A DNA stretch of 64,000 nt from assembly GCA_016783445.1 (NCBI GenBank), contig JADHWO010000001.1, positions 21,596 through 85,595 of the forward strand, written 5' to 3'. This DNA is from Candidatus Aminicenantes bacterium (GTDB lineage: Bacteria; Acidobacteriota; Aminicenantia; Aminicenantales; Aminicenantaceae). Numbering within the stretch: position 1 is the stretch's first letter; every line of letters starts with the position of its first letter. The position numbers and the translations under genes were made by a program. The notes beneath the pieces are model-generated. The model was not told the DNA's origin. It ran no database searches and saw only the letters and a list, made by a program, of their open reading frames with translations. Shown piece after piece: positions 49,314 through 56,946 of this stretch.

Positions 49314-51706
49314 CAAATTTTCATTATATCGGAAAAGAAGCCTCCAGGCCCGATGGCCCTGATAAGGCTGCAGGGAAAGCTGTTTACATTCAAGACCTCC
49401 AGCGTCCAGGTATGTTATACGGAAAAATCAAGTTCAGCGACTTCCCTCATGCCAGGATTAAGCATATCGATACCTCCAAGGCCGAACGGCTTACTGGCGT
49501 AAGAGCAGTTATCACCGCAACTAACACACCTGAAATTCGTTTAGGCTTCTTGCGAGATAATTTCGCCCTGAAAAAAGACAAGGTTCGCCAGTATAGGGAC
49601 GAAATTGCTGCGGTTGCTGCTATCGATCCCGAAATAGCTGAAGAGGCCATCGAGTTAATTAAAGTTGAGTACGAACCTTTGCCTGGCCTATTTTCTCCCC
49701 ATGAGGCGATGAAGGAAGGAGCACCTCTTGTTCATGAGAGGGACCCTCAGGGAAATTCAAGAACCGATAATCTGGTCCCGCTACAATTCCATCATGAGTC
49801 CGGCGATTTAGAAGCCGGAAAGCGCGCAGCAAAACATGTTGTTGAAGGAACGTTCACGACCCCGATGGTCCAGCAATGCTGTATGGGAACTGCAGGATGC
49901 ATCGCCGAGTTCGACATGAATAGTAACCTTACAGTCTGGGCGAAGACTCAGATTCCATTTCTGGCCCAGCGTGATTTTAACCGCGCTCTCTCTGATATGG
50001 GGTTGGCAGGGAAAAACGCCCGGGTCATAGTACCCACTCTAGGGGGAGGCTTCGGATCTGGCCTTGACACCCATTGTTATGAATATATCGCCATTCTGCT
50101 GGCTTTCCGAACTGGCTACCCGGTGAAAATCGTCTATACCCGGGCTGAAGAGTTCGCCAATCTCTCCCCCCGACAGTCATCTACTACTAAAATCATCCAG
50201 GGTTGTGACCAGAACGGCAAGCTTACTTTCCGCCATGTCGAGGTACTCCAAGATAATGGTGCTTACACTTCCTGGGGAGCAACATATCCATCAGTAATGA
50301 TGATGCCTGCAACATCTCTCTACCGCATCTCCAATGTCTACTTTAACGCCCAATTGGTCTACACAAATAACACGTACTGCCAGGCCATGCGCGGCTACGG
50401 CAATCCCGAGTTTACCTGGGCCCTGGAAAGCAACCTGGACGAACTGGCCGAAGAAGCCGGGATAGATCCCTTCGACTTCCGGATGCTAAACAGCAACAAA
50501 CCTAATGAGACTACTCCCATGGGATTAAAAATCAGCACTTGTGGACTTAAGGAATGTTTGGAAACCGTCGCCCAAAAGCTGAACTGGAAGAAAAGGTATA
50601 AAAAAGGAAAACACCGTGGGAAGGGTTTGGCTTCTTTAATTCACGTGGGTGGCGGAGCACGCATTTATCGATCAGATGCAAGCGGCCTGATTTTAAAGCT
50701 AGATGATTTCGGCAATGTGAATGTTTATCACGGGGGTGTAGAAATGGGTCAGGGATTACATTCTGTCCTGACCATGGCGGTTGCCGAAGCTCTTGGCGTT
50801 AGCTCTAAGAGAGTGCTCATTAACCCTACAGATACTGGAACCTGCCCCTGGGATGTTGGAACCCACGCAAGCCGCGGCGCATTTATGGCATGTAATGCAG
50901 CTATTCTTGCAGCCAATAAGCTGCGCGATAAAATATTCGGTCTGGCAGAGGTTTTTTATCCACAAGAAGTCGAAAAAAACCTCAAGAAACTCAAAAAGAA
51001 AAACCCCAACTATAAGCCACCGGACTTCGACGTTATAAAGGCAGCCAGGCGGGAAAACTTCGAACTACAAGATGGATTTATCTTTATCAAGGATGGACCC
51101 CAGGAATCATGGCTGCGCCTGGAACTGGCCAGGCTTCTTCGAGCTATCCATTTTCGCAATCAAGGTCAGATGTTTACCACTGAAGTTTTTTATGATCCCC
51201 CAAATGAACTTCCTGACTTTAAAAAGGGATTTGGCAATATCTCTGCTACTTATGCCTTCGGAACCCAGGGAGCAGAAGTGGAAGTGGACACAGAGACCGG
51301 AGAAGTCAAGATCCTCAAAATGGTCGCTGCCCACGATGTGGGTAAAGTTCTGAATCCCCAGGCACTTAAAGGCCAGATGTACGGTGCGATTGCCCAGGGA
51401 ATTGGATACGCATTTTATGAAGAGCTTCTATCTAAGCAAGGGAAGATCCTGAATCCGAATTTCCGGGATTACAAGATTCCCAGAGTCTATGAAATGAACT
51501 TTCCCATCGAACTTGAGTTCATTGAGAGCAATGACAAGTTCGGTCCCTTTGGTGCTAAGGGAGTTGCCGAGCCCGGTCTGGTTCCAACTGCGCCAGCTAT
51601 TGCAAATGCTATTTACGATGCCATCGGTGTTCGGATTCATGATCTCCCCATCACCCCCGATAAAGTACTGGCAGCGTTAAAAAAACTCAAACAAACAAAG
51701 GACTGA
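49310..51706 (+). CDS. Xanthine dehydrogenase/aldehyde oxidase family molybdopterin-binding (large) subunit
   Basis: 798 aa. KAAGKAVYIQDL N-terminal motif, GGGFGSGLD and AKGVAEPGLVPTAPAIANAI. ATGA overlap with the small-subunit gene. Confidence 0.9.
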   Translation: MTNFHYIGKEASRPDGPDKAAGKAVYIQDLQRPGMLYGKIKFSDFPHARIKHIDTSKAERLTGVRAVITATNTPEIRLGFLRDNFALKKDKVRQYRDEIAAVAAIDPEIAEEAIELIKVEYEPLPGLFSPHEAMKEGAPLVHERDPQGNSRTDNLVPLQFHHESGDLEAGKRAAKHVVEGTFTTPMVQQCCMGTAGCIAEFDMNSNLTVWAKTQIPFLAQRDFNRALSDMGLAGKNARVIVPTLGGGFGSGLDTHCYEYIAILLAFRTGYPVKIVYTRAEEFANLSPRQSSTTKIIQGCDQNGKLTFRHVEVLQDNGAYTSWGATYPSVMMMPATSLYRISNVYFNAQLVYTNNTYCQAMRGYGNPEFTWALESNLDELAEEAGIDPFDFRMLNSNKPNETTPMGLKISTCGLKECLETVAQKLNWKKRYKKGKHRGKGLASLIHVGGGARIYRSDASGLILKLDDFGNVNVYHGGVEMGQGLHSVLTMAVAEALGVSSKRVLINPTDTGTCPWDVGTHASRGAFMACNAAILAANKLRDKIFGLAEVFYPQEVEKNLKKLKKKNPNYKPPDFDVIKAARRENFELQDGFIFIKDGPQESWLRLELARLLRAIHFRNQGQMFTTEVFYDPPNELPDFKKGFGNISATYAFGTQGAEVEVDTETGEVKILKMVAAHDVGKVLNPQALKGQMYGAIAQGIGYAFYEELLSKQGKILNPNFRDYKIPRVYEMNFPIELEFIESNDKFGPFGAKGVAEPGLVPTAPAIANAIYDAIGVRIHDLPITPDKVLAALKKLKQTKD

Positions 51707-51776
51707 ATTCAAAAAAACTTGTAAATTAGCAAAAGCAAATTCCGAGTGTTTTAATTTTTTGTATAGGAGATTAAGG

Positions 51777-52067
51777 ATGAAAAATTTTCCTAAGCCAATC
51801 ATGAGGAGAACAATATTAAAAATGGGAGCTACGTGTGCTGCTGTTATCCCCTTTTATCCGCTCAGGAAATTCTTCTCAACTCCTGCTTCTCTTTCTGATT
51901 CTTGTATTAGATCCGAGAACAACCTTTCAAGAGAGACTCACGAAAGACTCCTTAAGGTAGCTCTCAAATATGGAAGCGAGTTTGCTGAAGTATATGTAAA
52001 AAACAGGAATTTTAAGACCGCCAAACTTTATCCCAAATTAAGGAGGAGAAATCATGGCAGTATTTGA
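51777..52067 (+). pseudogene. Possible 5' remnant of a Tat-exported TldD/PmbA-like gene (about 96 codons, then stop)
   Basis: MKNFPKPIMRRTILKMGATCAAV is a Tat-like leader. LLKVALKYGSEFAEVYV resembles the first conserved block of TldD/PmbA proteins, which are normally over 400 aa. Confidence 0.3.
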
Positions 52068-52410
52068 AGCAGAAAGCTGGCAGATTGCTGAGGGAAAAGA
52101 AGAAGAACACAAAAAGGCTATGCGGCGCTGGTTTAAGTGGGTGAACAACCACCGTGAATTATTCCGCGAGTGGAAGAGCGTCCGCTATTTTGTCAAAACT
52201 ATAGCTGGCGAAGAATCGGGACGCCATTTTGTCATCTGGGAATACAATAGCCTTGCTGACTACGAAGCATATAAAAAAAGGCGAGCAGATTACAAGGGAC
52301 CTTATAAGGAGTATAAAAAGAACGATCCCTACTACATGGACGTCTTTATCCACAGTGATATGAAAGTTGAGTTCTGGAAGGATATGGAAAGGGACCTCTG
52401 GATCGAGTAA
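52054..52410 (+). CDS. Small hypothetical protein (possibly an ABM/ferredoxin-like fold)
   Basis: 118-aa ORF with a strong AAGGAGG 7 nt upstream of the ATG. No family recognised with certainty. Confidence 0.5.
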   Translation: MAVFEAESWQIAEGKEEEHKKAMRRWFKWVNNHRELFREWKSVRYFVKTIAGEESGRHFVIWEYNSLADYEAYKKRRADYKGPYKEYKKNDPYYMDVFIHSDMKVEFWKDMERDLWIE

Positions 52411-52423
52411 GAATAGAGTCAAG

Positions 52424-53632
52424 TCACCTTGTATCTACTTTTATAACTACTGCGGCTGCCGTGTCGCCGGCTGCACATCCATCAAAAAGGCCATATCCTC
52501 CTCCCAGGAGTACAAGCTCCTCAATCAGTTCAATGATCAACCGCGCACCTGTAGGCCCTTGTGGATGCCCCCAGATAAGCGAACAGCCATAATTATTCAT
52601 ATCCTTAAACTTGATCCCCATCTCTCTGCAGAAATATACATCATTTACCGCAAACGGAGTGTGAGTCTTAATTGCCTTAACATCCTTGATTCCAATTCCT
52701 GCGAAAGAAAGAGCTTTCCTGGCTGCCGGAACTATTGACATTGCCATAAAACCTTTTTTTGCTCTTGCCTCGGCATATGAGAGAATTTGTATTTCAACAT
52801 TTGGGTCACGGCTAAGTTCTTTTGCCTTCTCCTGGGTAGTGACTATAATACTTGCATTTCCGTCTGCAGGGAATGTCTGAGTTCCAAAAGTTACTGTCCC
52901 ATCTCCAAGCACAGGCCTCAGTCTTGCCAGCGCTTCAGCAGTTGTCGGAAATACACCTTCATCTCCATTCACTGTAGCTAATACTTTCCGCCCGGATGGA
53001 TCCTTGACATCATGCGGAACAACCATAAAACGGTGGAGAAAAGCACTATTATCTTTAAGCGCGTCCTGATATTGAGTATATCTCATAAGGGCAACTTCAT
53101 CCTGTTCTTCCTTTGAAATACCAGCTTCCTCAGCTACGTTTTCTGCAGTCTCAATCATTGCATTTTTTGCATATGGATCATTTCCAAAATTGTCCCACAC
53201 CCAGTCTTCCTTATCTCCTGTTCCTCCTATACCCAATGGGTTTGGATAATAAATATGTGGCCCGTTACTCGTCCGGTCGCAGGTTACAACAAGGATATTC
53301 TTTTTGTTACCACTCTCTATGTCCTCAGATGCAACACTCACACACTTTGCCGAAGTCGCGCATGCCTGACTTATCGTAGGACCCGTTATTCCTGAAGCTC
53401 CAATCATACCCGCTACCCATGGAGCACCGTAAAAACTGCTTTTTTGCGGTATGGTCATCCCTAATACTATTCCATCAAATATCTGCGGTGAGATTCTCCT
53501 TCCAGGGAAAGCTCCCTTACAAATCTCAGCCGCAAACACCATTGAATGCAATTGAGCAAAGCTTCCTTGCCACCGGCAAAAAGGTGTGCTCCAGTATCCG
53601 TCATAAGGAATAAATGCTCGTTTATATGACAT
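52424..53632 (-). CDS. Thiolase-family acyl-CoA acetyltransferase
   Basis: ISQACATSAKCV (nucleophilic Cys region), C-terminal GHPQGPTGARL and GCAAGDTAAA. Start moved to MSYKRAF (ATG 53632), preceded by GGAGG. Confidence 0.88.
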   Translation of the reverse strand: MSYKRAFIPYDGYWSTPFCRWQGSFAQLHSMVFAAEICKGAFPGRRISPQIFDGIVLGMTIPQKSSFYGAPWVAGMIGASGITGPTISQACATSAKCVSVASEDIESGNKKNILVVTCDRTSNGPHIYYPNPLGIGGTGDKEDWVWDNFGNDPYAKNAMIETAENVAEEAGISKEEQDEVALMRYTQYQDALKDNSAFLHRFMVVPHDVKDPSGRKVLATVNGDEGVFPTTAEALARLRPVLGDGTVTFGTQTFPADGNASIIVTTQEKAKELSRDPNVEIQILSYAEARAKKGFMAMSIVPAARKALSFAGIGIKDVKAIKTHTPFAVNDVYFCREMGIKFKDMNNYGCSLIWGHPQGPTGARLIIELIEELVLLGGGYGLFDGCAAGDTAAAVVIKVDTR

Positions 53633-53677
53633 CTTTACCTCCAGTTTCAAATTTTTGTTTCTTCACTTTTTTTTGAA

Positions 53678-55699
53678 TTAAACATTAGCAAATTCAGCAT
53701 TCCTCTTTGGGCCATATTTTATAAAGGTTTCCATCCCGATTCTCATATCTTTAGTTTTCAAGCACTCTCCCAAAGTTTTGGCTTCGTACTTGAGCCCCTC
53801 TTCAAGAGTCATTTTTACACCTTCAAGAGTTGCCTTCTTCAGTAATTCATCTGTCTTGCGAGAAAGATGCCCGATATCAACTTCAGGAAGAGACTCAGGA
53901 ATTTTTATAGGCTCTTTTTTTATTGGAGAAATGGTGACTTCACCAGAGATCACTTTTTTTGCCAAAGCAACTCCTGCCTCTTTAATATCTCCCTCGATCT
54001 CTTCATGTATTAATCCAATCTTTAAAGCCTCTGATGAAGATATGGGATTTCCTGTACGAAGAATAGGCCAGGCATTGGAGAGTCCCACAATTCGAGGAAG
54101 TCTCTGGCTCCCTCCAAATCCTGGAATTATACCGAGTTTGGGCTCTGGCTGGCCGGCTAAAACCTTTAATCCCTTTATTGCTATCCTTGCTGTACAGGCC
54201 ATAGCAAGTTCATTCCCGCCTCCAAAGGCGAGACCATTTAATGCGCAGATAACAGGTTTACCTAGGTTCTCAACTAGATTCAGAGTCTCCTGACCTTTAA
54301 GTGCAAAAAACTCTAATTCTTCAGGAGTCTTGATCCGAGCAATCTCATTAATATCAGCACCCGAAACAAAAGCCTTTACGCCAAAACCCGTAAGAACAGC
54401 ACCCTTTATCTTGTTATCTTCTTTTATTTCAGTAAATATGGTCTCTAGCTGGTTCATAACCACAGGATTAAGAGCATTCAGTGTTTTTGGTCTTCGGATA
54501 GTGACAACAGCTACATCATCCTTGTCTTCTCTAAAAACCAAAGGAATATCCCATGGCTTTCCTGACTTAGCCTGTTTGACCAGCATATCAGGAATAATAA
54601 AGTCTGGACATTCTTTAGAATAAGCGTTTACAAGTTCGAGGGCTTTATCAACTCCGATCTTGTTCATCATTTGGAAAGGCGGATTCATGACAAGGGCATT
54701 CTCTACGCCCATTTCCAAATCTCCAATATTAACAATTCCAGATTCAAGAGTTTCACAAACAAGACCAAAAAAAGCCCCTCTTAACAAATTAGACACTACT
54801 TCGTAAGTTTTTGGTTTGTATTTAACTTCTTCGCCTATTTTAGGAGTATCCCACGGCTTTCCTATTGTTACTTGGTTATCCAGAATTCTAGGGGAGTGAA
54901 ACCATGAGTTAATTTTTTCGTGCATCTCCGTAAGGCCATGCTGTGTTATCGGGTTGCCTCCGGTCAGATTCATTGCAGTAAAAGGACCTACTCCAAGCCC
55001 CAGCGCTCTTTGTGCCATAGCATCCACCTGTTTAACCGTTCCTACTCCCTTTTCAACTAAAAGGGCAGCAGCAAGAAAAATCCCCTCAAAAATAGGATCT
55101 ATTGCATACCCAAAGCGACTTTTTACCTTAATGGGCGCCTTTCCTATTTGCTCATAGAATTTTTTTAAAAAATCAACTATATCTGATGATGAGTCTTTTC
55201 CTGGAACGATCTCAACAATAATACTTCGCTCTGCAGGGAAAAAGTAATGGATGACAAAGCCTCTCTCTTTGTTCTTAGTCTCTGCAAAAATGACTTCAGG
55301 TTCTATATGAGAAGAATTTGATGCAAAAATTGTTGTCTTTGGACAAATTTTCTCGAGTTCAGAGAAAATCTTTCTTTTTATTACAATATTCTCTGTAGCT
55401 GCTTCAATAACTAGATCGACTCCGCTTAGCTTTGAATAGTCTTTTGTCCATGATAGATTTTTAATCATTGAAGCTGCCTCTTCTTCCCGAAATGCTCTGG
55501 TTTTAACTCCCCGGCCCACTTTTCCCTTAACCCGGGCTTCTCCTAATTTGAGTGCTTTTTCATCTATGTCAACAACAATAACTGGAATCCCATGGTTATG
55601 TAACACCTTACTGAAGTATAGAGCAATATCAGGTCCAATATTGCCGGAACCAACAACTCCAACCTTACTTATTTTTCGTCCAGAAATTTCCCATGCCAT
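53678..55699 (-). CDS. Bifunctional 3-hydroxyacyl-CoA dehydrogenase (N-terminal) / enoyl-CoA hydratase (C-terminal)
   Basis: VGVVGSGNIGPDIAL Rossmann motif at the N-terminus. Crotonase block VAVVTIRRPKTLNALN...FVSGADI...ALNGLAFGGGNELA in the C-terminal third. Confidence 0.9.
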   Translation of the reverse strand: MAWEISGRKISKVGVVGSGNIGPDIALYFSKVLHNHGIPVIVVDIDEKALKLGEARVKGKVGRGVKTRAFREEEAASMIKNLSWTKDYSKLSGVDLVIEAATENIVIKRKIFSELEKICPKTTIFASNSSHIEPEVIFAETKNKERGFVIHYFFPAERSIIVEIVPGKDSSSDIVDFLKKFYEQIGKAPIKVKSRFGYAIDPIFEGIFLAAALLVEKGVGTVKQVDAMAQRALGLGVGPFTAMNLTGGNPITQHGLTEMHEKINSWFHSPRILDNQVTIGKPWDTPKIGEEVKYKPKTYEVVSNLLRGAFFGLVCETLESGIVNIGDLEMGVENALVMNPPFQMMNKIGVDKALELVNAYSKECPDFIIPDMLVKQAKSGKPWDIPLVFREDKDDVAVVTIRRPKTLNALNPVVMNQLETIFTEIKEDNKIKGAVLTGFGVKAFVSGADINEIARIKTPEELEFFALKGQETLNLVENLGKPVICALNGLAFGGGNELAMACTARIAIKGLKVLAGQPEPKLGIIPGFGGSQRLPRIVGLSNAWPILRTGNPISSSEALKIGLIHEEIEGDIKEAGVALAKKVISGEVTISPIKKEPIKIPESLPEVDIGHLSRKTDELLKKATLEGVKMTLEEGLKYEAKTLGECLKTKDMRIGMETFIKYGPKRNAEFANV

Positions 55700-55825
55700 A
55701 ATATTTCTCCTTAGAGTTAGTTTTTATTCATTTTAATATTTATATTCGCATCTTAATAGAATAATTCAGACGGTTGTTTTCTATAGTATAGAATTTTGGA
55801 TATGTCAAGTATTTCACTGGCAAGG

Positions 55826-56023
55826 TAAGCATCCTTATTTCCGTAACAATTTCTTTGGAAGTCAGGCAATCTGGTTAGGAAGCCATCCGGAGGCGAGCGG
55901 GCATGGTTCCTCATAGAGGAGAGCGAGCCGAGGAATAAGTGGATTTTCCTCGCTGGGGAAAATACACGGGCTGACGAATCAGTTTGCCTAACTGTTTCTT
56001 TATCACGGAAATAAAGATTTTTC
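55826..56023. mobile_element. MITE-like inverted-repeat element, copy B (same family as 9989-10254)
   Basis: Ends TAAGCATCCTTATTTCCGTAA and TTATCACGGAAATAAAGATTTTTC. Flanked by an exact 11-bp direct repeat CACTGGCAAGG (55815-55825 and 56024-56034). Confidence 0.55.
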
Positions 56024-56127
56024 CACTGGCAAGGAAAACTAATCTAAAAAAATAGGACCTGAAATAATTTATTTGCCATCACTTTACTTTTGCAAGTACA
56101 ATCAGAACCATTATTGGGAGAGTAAAC

Positions 56128-56400
56128 ATGTCAAAAATAAAGGTGAGTGTCGAAAGGATTGACGGCCTCTGCAATCTTCCTATGAAAGTTGGTGATTATT
56201 TTTATGTAGAGGATTCCAAGCTTTATGTTCCCGAAGGAAAATATATATGCATTTGGGCACTACAAAGTTTGATGCCGATCTTTCCAATTTTAGCTGTCAG
56301 AGATAATCTGGAAAAAACGCACTGGGTAAAAAAAGTGAAAAATTTTTCCTGTCCAGACCCCAAAGGGCTGGTGCAATTTCGACTTGATGTAATCGAATAG
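56128..56400 (+). CDS. TIGR04076-family small protein
   Basis: 90 aa. KVSVERIDGLCNLPMKVGDYFYVED...PEGKYICIWALQSLMPIFPIL matches the family pattern from memory. Confidence 0.7.
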   Translation: MSKIKVSVERIDGLCNLPMKVGDYFYVEDSKLYVPEGKYICIWALQSLMPIFPILAVRDNLEKTHWVKKVKNFSCPDPKGLVQFRLDVIE

Positions 56401-56427
56401 CTGAGCAAAAGGATAAAGGAGGCAAGG

Positions 56428-56946
56428 ATGATCCGGGTTGATATAAACAAATGCACCGGATGTAAAAAATGCGAGTCTGTCTGCGCCTTCTTCCATACAG
56501 GAAGGATTAATAACCGCATATCCAGAGTAAAAGTTACAAATTTATATGAGATTGGCATTGATGGCCCGGTGATGTGTATCCAGTGTGAAGAACGATATTG
56601 TTTGTGCTGTCCAGTAGATGCCCTCTCTATAGGCCCTCTCGGGCAAGTGATCGTATCTCCCACTCTTTGCACTCTCTGCGATGCCTGTGAAAAGGCTTGT
56701 CCTATTGGAGCAATTGAAAAGTTTAAAGATTTTGTCTATGTTTGCGACCTCTGTGGGGGATACCCCAGGTGTGTTGAAGCCTGTACAGAAGGAGCCATTA
56801 CATATGAGGCTGGAAGTAAAAAATTTCCTTCCCTTGTTACCATAAAAAAAGAAACAAATAAAATGAATCCAAGCCAGAAACGGTATTTTTTTCTCAATAA
56901 ACTGTGTTCTGAAATAAGAAAGAAGTGGAGAAGAGTTCATGCTTAA
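56428..56946 (+). CDS. Poly-[4Fe-4S] ferredoxin-like electron-transfer subunit
   Basis: CTGCKKCESVC, CIQCEERYCLCCP, CTLCDACEKACP, CDLCGGYPRCVEAC. Confidence 0.85.
   Translation: MIRVDINKCTGCKKCESVCAFFHTGRINNRISRVKVTNLYEIGIDGPVMCIQCEERYCLCCPVDALSIGPLGQVIVSPTLCTLCDACEKACPIGAIEKFKDFVYVCDLCGGYPRCVEACTEGAITYEAGSKKFPSLVTIKKETNKMNPSQKRYFFLNKLCSEIRKKWRRVHA

Noticed and set aside
55826-56023. Moco/Wco riboswitch or SRP-RNA-like motif upstream of the AOR operon (GTCAGG..AGGAAGCC, GAGCCGAGG)
   Set aside because: The matches to the remembered consensus cores are partial and in the wrong arrangement. In addition, a second copy of the same element lies at 9989-10254 next to unrelated genes, and both copies have inverted ends and flanking direct repeats.
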